Shown: piece after piece, positions 1 to 10,514 of the stretch
Layout of the letters: every line of letters begins with the position of its first letter
Numbering within the stretch: position 1 is the stretch's first letter
Source: an uncultured Chloroflexia bacterium
GTDB taxonomy: Bacteria; Chloroflexota; Limnocylindria; Limnocylindrales; CSP1-4
NCBI GenBank assembly: GCA_963766735.1
Contig: CAVYBU010000002.1
Span: 96,001 to 160,000, forward strand
Direction of reading: 5' to 3'
DNA: 64,000 nt
Notes under the pieces: generated by a model
Database searches by the model: none
What the model was told of the DNA's origin: nothing
Seen by the model: the letters and a program-made list of their open reading frames with translations, nothing else
Position numbers and translations under genes: made by a program

Positions 1-2
1 GC

Positions 3-986
3 ATGACCCCCGCGGTGCGCCGACTCCTCCGTGAGCACGGCCTGGATGCCGCCCAGGTCGCGGGTACTGGCGGAGGCGGCCGCATCTCCAGGGCCGACGT
101 GCTCGCCCACGTTGAGGCACTCGGCGCCGGCGTGACGCCCGCCCAGCCGGCATCGCCCATCGCCCCGCCGGCCTCCGCGACGTCGGACCGGGCTGCCGCG
201 GCCGCCACGACCACGACTGCCGCGTCCGCCACAACCCCGGCGACCGCCGCTCCGGGCCCTATCACCTTCCCTCCGGGCGTGGACGAGCTGGTCGTCCCCA
301 TGACGCAGATGCGCAAGGGCATCGCCGCGCAGATGACCAGGTCGCTCCAGGCACCGCATGCCTACGTGCAGATGGAGATCGACGCCACCCGCCTGGTCCA
401 GCTCCGGGCCCGCCTCAAGGGCGCCTACCAGGCGAAGGAGGGGATCTCCCTGTCCTTCGTCCCGTTCGTGGTCAAGGCTTCGGCCGAGGCGCTCAAGCGC
501 ACGCCCACCTTCAACGCGCACTGGACGGACCAGGGTCTCGTCGCCCACCGGAAGATCAATGTCGGCGTGGCGGTCGCCGTCGACGAGGGGCTGATCGTCC
601 CCGTCATCCGGGACGCGGACCTGCTCTCGATCCACGGCCTCAACGTCGCCATCACCGATGTCGCGAACCGCGCCCGGGCGAAGAAGCTCCGCGTGGACGA
701 TTTTGGCGGCGGCACGTTCACGGTCGACAACACGGGCTACCTCGGCACCAACCTCGTGATGCCGATCCTCAACGTGCCCGAGGTCGGGATCGTGACGATG
801 GAGGCCATCACCAAGCGTCCCGTCGTCGTGTCCGGACCGGACGGCGACGTGATCGCGATCCGGTCGATCATGAACATGGTCCTGGCCATCGACCACCGGG
901 CAAACGATGGCGCCGCCGGCGCCGCGCTCCTGCGCGACATCAAGGCCTGGCTCGAGGGTGTCGGGCCGGAAACCCCGATCTACTAG
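3..986 (+). CDS. Dihydrolipoamide acyltransferase (E2) of a 2-oxoacid dehydrogenase, 5'-truncated by the window edge
   Basis: E3-binding domain (TPAVRRLLREHGLD...GGGGRISRADV), Ala/Pro/Thr linker, catalytic DHRANDG; lipoyl domain lies upstream of the window. Confidence 0.93.
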   Translation: MTPAVRRLLREHGLDAAQVAGTGGGGRISRADVLAHVEALGAGVTPAQPASPIAPPASATSDRAAAAATTTTAASATTPATAAPGPITFPPGVDELVVPMTQMRKGIAAQMTRSLQAPHAYVQMEIDATRLVQLRARLKGAYQAKEGISLSFVPFVVKASAEALKRTPTFNAHWTDQGLVAHRKINVGVAVAVDEGLIVPVIRDADLLSIHGLNVAITDVANRARAKKLRVDDFGGGTFTVDNTGYLGTNLVMPILNVPEVGIVTMEAITKRPVVVSGPDGDVIAIRSIMNMVLAIDHRANDGAAGAALLRDIKAWLEGVGPETPIY

Positions 987-993
987 GCGTCCC

Positions 994-2070
994 GTGGCCC
1001 GCGACCTCCCGATCTTCGACCCGAACCCGGCTCACGCGCACACCCCGGCCGCGTCGCTGTCCATCGCGATGGGCGGCGGCGTGACGGTCCCGGCCGCCGT
1101 GGCCGGCTCCTCCGCTCCGGCCGCTGACGGCAGCCGGCCCCTCCGCCGCCACCCCGACTGGATCAAGTCGAGGATGCCCTCAGGGGACAACTACCAGGAT
1201 CTCAGGGGCCTCCTGCGCGGCCTGAACCTCAACACCGTGTGCGCGGAGGCCGTGTGCCCCAACGTGGGCGAGTGCTGGGACCAGCGCACCGCCACGGTCA
1301 TGATCCTGGGTGACGTCTGCACCCGCGCCTGCGGCTTCTGCGCGATCAAGACCGGCCGGCCAACGTGGTTCGACGATGACGAGCCACGCCGGGTTGCCGA
1401 GGCCGTTGCCGCCATGCGCCTGGACCATGTCGTCGTGACCAGCGTCGCCCGCGACGACCTCCCGGATGGCGGGGCCGGTGCCTTCGCCGCCACGATCCGC
1501 GAGCTGAGGCAGCGGAGTCCCGGCATGGGCGTGGAGGTCCTGATCCCGGACTTCAACGGCGAGGAGGCGCCCCTCCGCGCGGTGATGGAGGCCGGGCCAG
1601 ACATCCTGAACCACAACCTCGAAACCGTTCGCCGCCTGCAGGGCCCTGTGCGCAGGCGGGCGCGCTGGGACCGCACGCTGGACGTGCTGGAGCGGGCCAA
1701 GGCCTACGCGCAGGAGTACGGCAACGAGGTTCACACCAAGAGCAGCCTCATGGTCGGCCTGGGCGAGACGCGCGAGGAGCTGACGGAGTGCTTCACCGCG
1801 CTCCGCGACGTGGAGTGCGACATCCTCACCATCGGGCAGTACCTGCGTCCGACCACGGACCACCTGCCCCTGGAGCGCTACTACCACCCCGACGAGTTTG
1901 TCGAGATGCGGGATGAGGCTCTCGCGCTGGGCTTCAAGCACGTCGAGTCGGGCCCGCTCGTCCGCTCCAGCTACCACGCCCGCGACCAGGTCCCCGGCGC
2001 TGCCGAGAAGGCGCTCCGCCGGCGCGCGACGCTCGACGCCGAGGGACGTGTCGTTCCCGCCATGGGCTGA
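994..2070 (+). CDS. lipA: Lipoyl synthase
   Basis: CAEAVCPNVGEC, radical-SAM CTRACGFC and RSSYHA motifs; GTG start at 994 inferred. Confidence 0.96.
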   Translation: MARDLPIFDPNPAHAHTPAASLSIAMGGGVTVPAAVAGSSAPAADGSRPLRRHPDWIKSRMPSGDNYQDLRGLLRGLNLNTVCAEAVCPNVGECWDQRTATVMILGDVCTRACGFCAIKTGRPTWFDDDEPRRVAEAVAAMRLDHVVVTSVARDDLPDGGAGAFAATIRELRQRSPGMGVEVLIPDFNGEEAPLRAVMEAGPDILNHNLETVRRLQGPVRRRARWDRTLDVLERAKAYAQEYGNEVHTKSSLMVGLGETREELTECFTALRDVECDILTIGQYLRPTTDHLPLERYYHPDEFVEMRDEALALGFKHVESGPLVRSSYHARDQVPGAAEKALRRRATLDAEGRVVPAMG

Positions 2071-2091
2071 TCGCGGCTATCCTTGCCGGCG

Positions 2092-3147
2092 ATGGTCGCC
2101 CACCTGAGCCGCAAGATTCCGCTCGCCGAGCTCCACTGCCACCTGGGCGCGGCCGTCACCCCCTCGATCATGTGGTCGATCGCCCATGCCCAGGGCATCA
2201 AGCTCCCGACGCGTGACTACTGGGACTTCCGGAGCCTCATCACGGTCCATCCGCGGCGTCCCAAGAGCTTCGACGGCTACCTGCAGCTGTTCCACTGGAC
2301 GGAGCTGATCCAGTCCAGCCCGATCGCCGTCGAGCGCGCCGTCTACGAGGTCATCGGCGGGGCCTACCGCAAGAACAACGTGACCACCACGGAGCTGCGC
2401 TTCAACCCGATGAAGCGGAACCGGGGCGGCGAGCAGGACGTGGACCACATCATCGCCGCGGCCGTTCGGGGGATGGACCGGGCCACCCTCGAGTACCCGG
2501 TGAAGCCCGGCCTCATCTTCTGCCTGGACCGGGCGTTCCCGTACGAGCTCAACGAGATCATCGTGGAGAAGGCGATCGCCTGGCGGGATCGCGGCGTGGT
2601 GGGCGTTGACATCGCAGGCCCCGAGTCGGCCACGTTCCGCGTCGCCGACTACCGGCGCATCTTCCGCCGCGCCCGCCAACACGGCCTGGGTATCACGGTC
2701 CACACGGGAGAATCCGGCCCCGTGGACGAGATCGCCCGGGTGATCGAGCAGCTGGAGCCGGACCGTATCGGCCACGGCGTGAAATCCGCCTACGACCCGC
2801 GCACGATGGCGATGCTCCGCGAGCGCGGCATCGTGCTGGAGATCTGCCCCACCTCGAACCTGAACACGGGCGTCGTGTCCAGCTGGGAGGAGTTCCGCTG
2901 GATCTTCGACCAGTTCCACCGCAACGGCGTGCGCTACACCATCAGCACCGATGGCCCGGAGATGCTCAAGACCTACATCCGGGATGAGCTGGCCACGCTG
3001 GGCCGCCTCGGCATCCTCTCGATCGAGCAGCAGGAACTGATTGCCGCCACGTCGCTGGCGGCGTCGTTCGTGCCCAATGTGTCCGACGTGCCGCTGCCCC
3101 GCCGCGAGCCTGCCACGCGCGAGGTCGTGGAGCGCGAGGAGGGCTGA
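2092..3147 (+). CDS. Adenosine/adenine deaminase family amidohydrolase
   Basis: AELHCHL, HTGE, RIGHG, EICPTSN and STDGP motifs. Confidence 0.88.
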   Translation: MVAHLSRKIPLAELHCHLGAAVTPSIMWSIAHAQGIKLPTRDYWDFRSLITVHPRRPKSFDGYLQLFHWTELIQSSPIAVERAVYEVIGGAYRKNNVTTTELRFNPMKRNRGGEQDVDHIIAAAVRGMDRATLEYPVKPGLIFCLDRAFPYELNEIIVEKAIAWRDRGVVGVDIAGPESATFRVADYRRIFRRARQHGLGITVHTGESGPVDEIARVIEQLEPDRIGHGVKSAYDPRTMAMLRERGIVLEICPTSNLNTGVVSSWEEFRWIFDQFHRNGVRYTISTDGPEMLKTYIRDELATLGRLGILSIEQQELIAATSLAASFVPNVSDVPLPRREPATREVVEREEG

Positions 3148-3198
3148 CCAGGCCCCGCGGATGGGCGTTGCGTCCCGCCAGGCGGTCGTCGTGCCAGG

Positions 3199-3864
3199 TC
3201 AGGCCTCGGGCACCGACCCGATTCGGTACTCGCAGCACCGGTCCCCGGTCGCGATGTGCCGCTCCCGTACCACGTCCGCGCCCAGCACCTCGCGGAACAG
3301 GTCCAGCTCCGCGCGGCATGCCGCCCCGCCGCCCCGGGCAATGTCCAGGACGGCGCAGTTGTGCTCCACGAGGAGGATTCCTTCACCGTTGACGCGCGCC
3401 TCCGAGATGTAGCCCTGCTCGTCCTGGATCCGCGCGAGCTCCTGCACGCGCTCCGCGAGTGATGCACCAGCCGGCAGGGCGGCGTCCAATCGAGCCCGCA
3501 GCGCGGCCCCTGCCTGTCGGCGGCGGGCCGCGAACACGTCCTCGACCAGCGCATCGCCACCGATCTCCTCGATTGCCGCGAGGAGTCCGGTCGCCAGCCC
3601 GTCGTAGTTGGAAGGGAAGAGGTCCTGGGCGTCCGACGTGACGTCGTACATGTGCCTGGGGCGGCCCACTCCGTGGCGAACGGTGGTCCGGGCGACGAGA
3701 CCGGCGGAGTCGAGAGCGCGCAACTGCTGCGCGACGCCGCTGCGGCTGGCCCCGAGGACCGACGCGATGACGTCCGGGAACGACGGACCGCTCCGCCGGA
3801 GGTGCACCAGGATAGAGCGCCGAAGCGCCGACGGGGAGGGGGTGGGGACGGCGGACTCGGACAT
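3199..3864 (-). CDS. SufR-like Fe-S winged-helix transcriptional regulator
   Basis: N-terminal HTH with GRPRHMY...FPSNY; C-terminal HNC...C...GDRCCEY cysteines. Confidence 0.8.
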   Translation of the reverse strand: MSESAVPTPSPSALRRSILVHLRRSGPSFPDVIASVLGASRSGVAQQLRALDSAGLVARTTVRHGVGRPRHMYDVTSDAQDLFPSNYDGLATGLLAAIEEIGGDALVEDVFAARRRQAGAALRARLDAALPAGASLAERVQELARIQDEQGYISEARVNGEGILLVEHNCAVLDIARGGGAACRAELDLFREVLGADVVRERHIATGDRCCEYRIGSVPEA

Positions 3865-3938
3865 GCGGGGCAGAGGCTACCAAGAACCTCGCCGACGCGA
3901 CGCCGAAGCTTGCCGCGTCGCTTCGGCTGGACGAAGGG

Positions 3939-4765
3939 CTACCCGCCCACCTCGACCAGCCGGACCACGAGACGGTACTTGCTCGTTCGAACCGACGCAC
4001 GTCTGCAGGGTCATCGACGGCGTGCCCTGCGCGGCCCACGCCCAGCTCGCATTGGTCGGGAGGGTGACCTTCCACCACTTGACCGCGTACACGCGCACTC
4101 GTCCCTTCGAGTCGGCGTACCAGGCCTTCATCCCCACCCTGAGGCGACCGGCGACGTATGCGTCGTGGAGCGGATCGAACACGCTGTACGGCATGACCCA
4201 TGAGGTAGACGTTGTTCGCCCCGGCGCAGCCCCAGCGGTAGACCCGGTTGTCGGGCGAGCGGGTGCGGTTGCACGGGAAGAACGCCACCGACCGGTTGAT
4301 CCTCAGGGCCGGGATCCAGACGTGGTTGCTACCGGAATACGCGGCGGAACCTGACGACCCGGACTTGGACTTGGGTTTGGAGCTGGACTTGGAGCTCGCC
4401 GGCTTCGTGGTGCTGGCCTTGGCCGATCGCTCGGGCATCGAGGCCCGGACAGGCGCCGCAGGTGCGGCCTCGGCGGCCGCCTGAGCGGCCGGGACGGTGA
4501 GGGCTTCGACGGTCGCCGGTGCGGGCAGGCGGGTGGTCGGGGCGCCTCTGGCAGGAAGGTCCCGGGACGGGACACCGCCCGCGGCATCCGTCTTGCTCGA
4601 TTCCGAGAGCACAAGCCCGGCGGGGGACCTCGCCGGGAGCGCGTGCGGACCACGCGAGCCGACGCTGGTCTGGGCTGCCGCTGCCACGACGGTCACCGAT
4701 TCGACGGCGAGCAGGAGGGCAAGGACCGTGGAGAGAGCGCGGCGCCGGCGCGGTGTGAGTTCCAT
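3939..4765 (-). pseudogene. Sortase-domain protein interrupted by two +1 frameshifts (possible assembly error)
   Basis: Signal/TM segment, Ser/Lys-rich linker, WIPALRIN, YLMGHA|YSVF, TLQTC and KYRLVVR across three frames; extra bases near 4189 and 3984; stop TAG at 3939-3941. Confidence 0.75.
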
Positions 4766-4935
4766 GCCCGGAGCATCGGCGCGTACGCGCACCACTTCGA
4801 GAACCCGGATGTCATCCGCTACCCGGGAGGCTGGTCAGGGTCCGGGTGCGGTTGTGTGCGGTCCGGTCGGGAGTGATCCAGTACCGGGATGGGACTCCGC
4901 GGCCGCGCTGCCGGCGAGCGCGGCGGGCTCCGGGA

Positions 4936-5406
4936 TCAGCCGCCCGTCCCGGCTGCCGCCTCCAGCGTCGTCCGGACCGCCGCCTCGAAGTCGGGTGCCC
5001 ATGGTCCCTGGCCGGCCAGCACGTACGGGGACTGCTGGATCTCCTCGTATGCCTGTGCGTCGGTCACGAACGAGGCCGCGCACGGCCCGATCCGATCGCG
5101 CAGGCGCTCGAATGCCGCCCGGTTGCGGAACACGTACAGGTAGAGCCGGACATCGGATGCCTGGTCGACCCCGCGGGCGTCGAAGGAGATAGCCGTCGGC
5201 ACCAGGTCCGGGTCCGTGCATCCAGCGTCGCCCGACACCCAGTCGGACACCTCGATTCCCGCGGCGTTGAAGCGACCCGCAAGACCCGGGAAATCGGTGG
5301 GCGTCGCAGGCGGCGCCGTCGATGAGATCGTGCCGCAGGCGCTCACCACGAGAGCGGTGAGCACAAGGGACAGGAGCCGCACACGGCCGGTGCGAGAGGA
5401 TGCCAT
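4936..5406 (-). CDS. Putative lipoprotein
   Basis: Lipobox-like VSACG after a hydrophobic stretch; TAGCCT -10 box 6 nt upstream of ATG. Confidence 0.75.
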   Translation of the reverse strand: MASSRTGRVRLLSLVLTALVVSACGTISSTAPPATPTDFPGLAGRFNAAGIEVSDWVSGDAGCTDPDLVPTAISFDARGVDQASDVRLYLYVFRNRAAFERLRDRIGPCAASFVTDAQAYEEIQQSPYVLAGQGPWAPDFEAAVRTTLEAAAGTGG

Positions 5407-5500
5407 TCCGGGAGGCTAGCACCGCTCCGGGCCGGCCGCTCAACCCCCGTCGGTCGTCGGCGGAGCGCGCCCGGGGAACGACCGTCGCGGTCGATGCCCG

Positions 5501-8410
5501 TCACCCGCGAGTGCGACGCTTCGCCTCCCGAAGGCGCGCCATGGTGTCCTCGTCTGGCGGTGGCGGAGACCCGGGACCCGCCGGGGTCGCCTGCCCTGTG
5601 TCGATGGTCGCGCCGGCCGATGGGGTAGCGCCCGGATCCGCCGCCGGCCGCTCCGCCGCCGGCCGCTCAGCCGCCTCGCGCAGGATCGCCGACCGGGCGC
5701 CCGCAGAGCCTGCGCGTTCGCGTGCAGCCAGCATCTCCTCCACGGGCTTCGTGCGTTCCGCCACCCGGCGCCCGCGCACGGTGTCCGAGACCCAGCGACG
5801 GCCATCCGCCATCTCGCGTCGGCCGAGCGCGACGCGCCGCAGCGCGATGTCGAGCGGCCAGAGCAGGAGCGCCAGCACCAGCAGCCACGGCCACAGCTCG
5901 GTGGACCGGCTCGTGCTCCGCAGGTCGTGGACCCAGGCCGCCGCGGGCGTCGCGAGAGCCGTGCCCCCGGTGGCGGACCGGATCGCGCCCAGCAGCTGCT
6001 CGTTCGCGCCCATCAGGCGGTACTCGGCGGCCGTCGGGGCGACCAGGCCGAGCGTCCGTCCGAGCGGCCCCTGGGCGGGCTTCGTCTGCGTCACGCGCAC
6101 CAGGTACGCGCCGCTCTGAAGGGACCCCAATGGCGCCTCGTAGACACCCGGAGCCACCTGGCTGAGGTTCACGTCGACGCGCGTGTCGTCGGATCCCAGC
6201 AGCGCTACCTGGGTCGCGTAGAAGTCACGCGGCGACCCGTCCGACGCGACGCTCTCCACCCGCAGGTAGGTGCGCCCGCCGCGGTCCACGAACGCAGCCT
6301 CGATCCCGCCGCTCTCCTCGCCGGGGAACGTCCAGCCGACCATCTGGCTGAAGAACTTCGCGAAGTCCTTCCAGCCTATCCAGCTCTTCGCCCAGCGGCC
6401 CGTGGAGTCCGATGTCCACGCCACCGAGCGCCCCAGGCCGTATTGCCACTGGGCGAGGAGGGGATCGTCGCGCGCGGTGACGAGGACGGTCTGCGCGGCG
6501 GGCTTGGCCGTGGTCCCGTTGTAGCCGAGCAGCTGCGGCAGGCCGCCCTCGATCCCACGCAGGATCGGCGAGGTCGAGGTGAGGATCGGGTGGAACGCCT
6601 CCTCCACGATCTGCTGGCCGGAGACCTGCTGTGTCTCCTTGAGGAAGATGTCGGGGATCGCGGCCGGGTTGGCCGCGTCGTAGAACCGCCCGCCGCCGTT
6701 CCTCGCCAGCTGCTCGAGGAACGGGTTGGCGCCGCCGCCCGCGCCCACGGTGGACAGCGTGATCCCGGCGCCCTTCATGTCCATGAGGATCTGGTCGTAC
6801 TGGCCGGAGCTGGACCAGCCGTCGGTGAGCAGGATGATGTGGCGCCGGGTGGCCGTCGCGTCCTTGAGCGACCGCACCGCCTGGTCCAGGCCGCCGAAGA
6901 TGTTCGTCTGGCCGTTGGCGGTGATCCCCGCGATGGAGGCCTGGAGGTCCTGGAGCCCGCCGAGCGGCGCCGTCTTCACGACCCAGTGCGCCGACTCGTC
7001 GAAGGCGACGACGCCAAGCTCGTCCTGGGCAGTCAGCGCCGACGCGGCCCGGATGATCGCCTCCTTGCCGATGTCCACCTTCTTCACGCCCGCGATCCCC
7101 GCGCCTCCGCCCATCCCGCCGTCGAAGCTGTTGCAGTGGCAGGCGTCCATCGAGCCCGACTTGTCGATCACCACGACGAGCGCCACGTCCGGCTGCTTCT
7201 GGCGGTCGCGGACGCCCATGTCCACCGGCAGCGCCTCCTCGAGCGGAGTGTCCGTGTACCCGCCGGCCCCGTAGGCGCGCGGGCCGCCGACCACCACGAG
7301 GCCGCGCCCGGCGTCCCGGACGAACACCTGGAGCGTGGCCAGCGCCTCGTCCGTGAGGCGCAGCCGGGGCACGTCGACCAGGACGACCGAGTCGTATGCG
7401 GCGAGGCCGATGAGGTCTGAGGGAAGCGCCTCGGGGATCACCGTGTCCACGTTCTGGCGCTCGATCTCCAGGGCCGCCACGAGCTGGTCCGCGACGTCCT
7501 CGTCACCCTTGACCACCAGGATGCGCGGCTCGCCCTTGACGATGGTGTTGGCGTCCGCGTGGTCGTTCTCGTTGAACGTGTCGCGACCCGCCTCGACGAC
7601 CATCCGGAGACGGAGGAACCCGGCCTCCGCGGCCGTGAACGTGAAGTCGACACGGCTCGCGCCCGCCGCAAGGCTGACGGCCTGCGTCTCGGCCAGCTCG
7701 CCGTTGACGAACAGCCGCACTGTTGCCGGCTGCGCCACGGTGGAGGTGATGTCGCCCGACACCTCGATCTCCTCGCCCAGGCGTGCGGTGGACGGCGACG
7801 TGAGTCGTTCCACCAGCACCTCATCGCGACCGGCGAGCCCCGTCAGGACCGTCTCCACCGCGATCCCGCGGGCGGCCGCCAGCGACGCCTCCGTCTGGCC
7901 CGAGCCCGTGGTGTCGTTGCCGTCCGAGAGCAGGACGATCCGCTTCTGGGCGTCGTCCGGGAAGAGCGCGGCGGCCAGGCGGAGCGCGGCTCCCACGTCC
8001 GTGGCGCCCTTCACCGGGGTCGATGCGATCCGGTCGATCTCCGCCAGGTCGGACGGGAGCCGCTCCACGAGCGCGTCACCTCCGAATGCGACGATCCCGG
8101 CCACGTCCTCGTCCTTCTTCGTCGCGAGCGACTCGCGGACGTACGCCAGCGCCTCCTCGCGTCCGGCGGTCCCCACGGAATCCGACAGGTCCACCACGTA
8201 CACCACGGCCAGCCGGTCGACCGGCAGGACGACCTGGAGCCCTGCCAGCGCGCTCACGAGCACCGCCAGCAGCAGCACGCGGACCGTGAGCGCCGCCCGC
8301 CGTCGCCCAATGCCCAGGCGGCGCCGGGACAGGAGGTGCAGGAGGATCACCACCGCGAGCAGGGGCGGCAGGAGCAGCAGCGCGAGGGGGGCGTCGAACG
8401 AGATGCCCAT
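5501..8410 (-). CDS. Membrane protein with two VWA domains and a class-I GATase-like domain
   Basis: N-terminal BatA-like TM segment; MIDAS DLSDS/LLSDG and DKSGS/LLTDG; GGPRAYGAGGY; C-terminal TM; ATG overlaps the upstream stop. Confidence 0.88.
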   Translation of the reverse strand: MGISFDAPLALLLLPPLLAVVILLHLLSRRRLGIGRRRAALTVRVLLLAVLVSALAGLQVVLPVDRLAVVYVVDLSDSVGTAGREEALAYVRESLATKKDEDVAGIVAFGGDALVERLPSDLAEIDRIASTPVKGATDVGAALRLAAALFPDDAQKRIVLLSDGNDTTGSGQTEASLAAARGIAVETVLTGLAGRDEVLVERLTSPSTARLGEEIEVSGDITSTVAQPATVRLFVNGELAETQAVSLAAGASRVDFTFTAAEAGFLRLRMVVEAGRDTFNENDHADANTIVKGEPRILVVKGDEDVADQLVAALEIERQNVDTVIPEALPSDLIGLAAYDSVVLVDVPRLRLTDEALATLQVFVRDAGRGLVVVGGPRAYGAGGYTDTPLEEALPVDMGVRDRQKQPDVALVVVIDKSGSMDACHCNSFDGGMGGGAGIAGVKKVDIGKEAIIRAASALTAQDELGVVAFDESAHWVVKTAPLGGLQDLQASIAGITANGQTNIFGGLDQAVRSLKDATATRRHIILLTDGWSSSGQYDQILMDMKGAGITLSTVGAGGGANPFLEQLARNGGGRFYDAANPAAIPDIFLKETQQVSGQQIVEEAFHPILTSTSPILRGIEGGLPQLLGYNGTTAKPAAQTVLVTARDDPLLAQWQYGLGRSVAWTSDSTGRWAKSWIGWKDFAKFFSQMVGWTFPGEESGGIEAAFVDRGGRTYLRVESVASDGSPRDFYATQVALLGSDDTRVDVNLSQVAPGVYEAPLGSLQSGAYLVRVTQTKPAQGPLGRTLGLVAPTAAEYRLMGANEQLLGAIRSATGGTALATPAAAWVHDLRSTSRSTELWPWLLVLALLLWPLDIALRRVALGRREMADGRRWVSDTVRGRRVAERTKPVEEMLAARERAGSAGARSAILREAAERPAAERPAADPGATPSAGATIDTGQATPAGPGSPPPPDEDTMARLREAKRRTRG

Positions 8411-10506
8411 CAGGTCCCCCGTCCGGCGGACGGGGTCCGCTGCAGCCGGGCGGCGGCGCCCCGTCTGATGCGGGCGAGGGTGTCGCGCTCGTAGACGAGC
8501 CACTCGGCGGTCAGGACCAGCAGGGCGGCGAGCGCGATCGGGATCCACAGCTCGTCGCGGGCGTTCGGCCGCTCTCCGGTGGCGCTGCCGCCCCCGGGGT
8601 CGCTGCTCGCACCCGGGCCGGGGCTCGCCGCAGGTGCCCCCAGCGCCGTGAGCATCGAGGCGTCGCCCGGGGCGATGTTCGATTCGTCGATGTCCAGAAG
8701 GTCTACGGCGAACCGCACCGGCGCATTGGGGTCTGCCGGGCGGAAGGTGGGTGGCGCGCCGGGCGAGCCCGCCGCCGCGGACGGCGACGGCGCACCGGAG
8801 GAGGTCGCCGCGGGCGTGGCGTCAGGGTCGGGGATGCCGGTGACCGTGTAGACCCCGAGGAGGTCTGTCCGGGCGAAGGTGACGCTGCCCGCGCCCTTCG
8901 TCGGGGCGATCAGCTCGTCGGTCGACGCGTCGGGCCGCTCCACGCGCACGCCGATCGAACCATCCGGGATGCTGAGCGTGATGGGCGAACCTGGGACGAT
9001 CGCGTCGGCGGGCGGGTGCGAGCCGCCGAACAGCTCACCCGCGAGGTTCGCCAGGAGGACCGGGAACGCCACCTGGAGCGGCAGGTCGGAGCGGCGCGGC
9101 TCGAAGGCCAGGACGGCGGCCGGTCGCCCTGCCAGGGTGCCCGCGTAGAGGAGGGGCGCGCCGCCTGGTCCGGGGATGATGGCGCGCCCCCAGGCGGGGA
9201 CCTCCATCTTCTTCGCCTCGGAGACATGGGTTGTGGTCAGGTCCACGTACCGCAAGACCGGGTCAGAAGGGTCAAGCGCCCCGATACCGGGGTTGACGAG
9301 CGTGCCCGTGACGCTGCCCAGGGGCGACGTCCTGGGCGGGGCGATCGCCAGGATCGGCCGCGCCGGCAGCTCGGCGGGCAGGTAGCCCTCGAAGATGACC
9401 AGGTCGAACAGCTCGGGCCGCGTTCCCGGTCCGTATTGGGCCGGTGCGACACCGTAGAGCTCCGTGTCCGGCAGGTGGGAGAGCGCGGTCTCGAGGTACG
9501 GGTCCCCGTCGCTGACCAGCAGCACCGTGCGCAGCGCCGCCGGCGGGACGATGGCCCAGGCCCGATCGTCCACGGCCAGCATGTCCGCGGCTGACGTCGA
9601 GGACTGGTCCTTCGCGGCCAGGCGCACCTCGATCACCGCCGCCGGGTGGTCGGGATCATCGATGTCATCGATCGAGACGTCGGTCCGCCGCTGGGGGTCA
9701 AGCTTGAGCGTGCGGGAGTCGCGCAGCACGCCGTCCGCGTAGACCTCGAGGCGCCGTTCCGCCATCTCCAGCCCCAGGTTCGCCACCGAGACGAACGCCG
9801 AGTGGGAGATCCCCGACGGCGCGGTCCGCACCGCCAGGGCCACGATCGCCTGGTTGTCCTGGTCGCGCCCGACGCGGAGCACGCGCAGTGGGGCCTCCAG
9901 CGTGCCGGCCGGCGGCGTGGCGATCGCGGCGTCCGTCGCCACGAGTATCTCCGCGTCGCCCGAGCGGGCCGCCAGCGCCGAGGCAAGCCGCAGGGCGTCA
10001 CCCAGGTCGCCTGCGTCGGAGGAAGCGGTGATCGACGCGATGGCTCCCTTGACCCTGCCCATGTCCGAGGTGCCGTTGGCGACGACCTTCGCGGTGCGCC
10101 CGGCCTCGACGACGCTGACCTTGCCGCCCGCAGGGAGGTCCCTGAGGGCCTCGATCGCGGCTGCCTTCGCCGCCTCCAGCCGGTTGGGCGACACGTCCGT
10201 CGCCTGCATCGACGCGGAGGTGTCCACCACCAGCACTATGTCCCGCGCGAGGCCGGCGGGACGCTCCACGAACGGGCGCGCGGCCAGCAGCACGAGGATC
10301 AGGACCAGCAGCAGCTGGAGCAGCAGCAGCAGGCTCCGGCGGAGCTTCTGCCACGGCGCGTTTGCCTCCACGTCGGAGACCAGCTTCTGCCACAGCAGCG
10401 TGGACGGCACCACGGCCTCGTCCCGCCGGAGCTTGAGCAGGTACATGGCGATGACGACCGGGATGAACAGCAGCCCGGCGAGTGCCAGCGGAGCGAGGAA
10501 CGGCAT
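8410..10506 (-). CDS. BatA + VWA domain membrane protein
   Basis: BatA motif (LLFIPVVIAMYLL...PSTLLW...LAARP), MIDAS DTSASM, C-terminal ELW..TM..EW. Confidence 0.88.
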   Translation of the reverse strand: MPFLAPLALAGLLFIPVVIAMYLLKLRRDEAVVPSTLLWQKLVSDVEANAPWQKLRRSLLLLLQLLLVLILVLLAARPFVERPAGLARDIVLVVDTSASMQATDVSPNRLEAAKAAAIEALRDLPAGGKVSVVEAGRTAKVVANGTSDMGRVKGAIASITASSDAGDLGDALRLASALAARSGDAEILVATDAAIATPPAGTLEAPLRVLRVGRDQDNQAIVALAVRTAPSGISHSAFVSVANLGLEMAERRLEVYADGVLRDSRTLKLDPQRRTDVSIDDIDDPDHPAAVIEVRLAAKDQSSTSAADMLAVDDRAWAIVPPAALRTVLLVSDGDPYLETALSHLPDTELYGVAPAQYGPGTRPELFDLVIFEGYLPAELPARPILAIAPPRTSPLGSVTGTLVNPGIGALDPSDPVLRYVDLTTTHVSEAKKMEVPAWGRAIIPGPGGAPLLYAGTLAGRPAAVLAFEPRRSDLPLQVAFPVLLANLAGELFGGSHPPADAIVPGSPITLSIPDGSIGVRVERPDASTDELIAPTKGAGSVTFARTDLLGVYTVTGIPDPDATPAATSSGAPSPSAAAGSPGAPPTFRPADPNAPVRFAVDLLDIDESNIAPGDASMLTALGAPAASPGPGASSDPGGGSATGERPNARDELWIPIALAALLVLTAEWLVYERDTLARIRRGAAARLQRTPSAGRGT

Positions 10507-10514
10507 GGCCAGGC

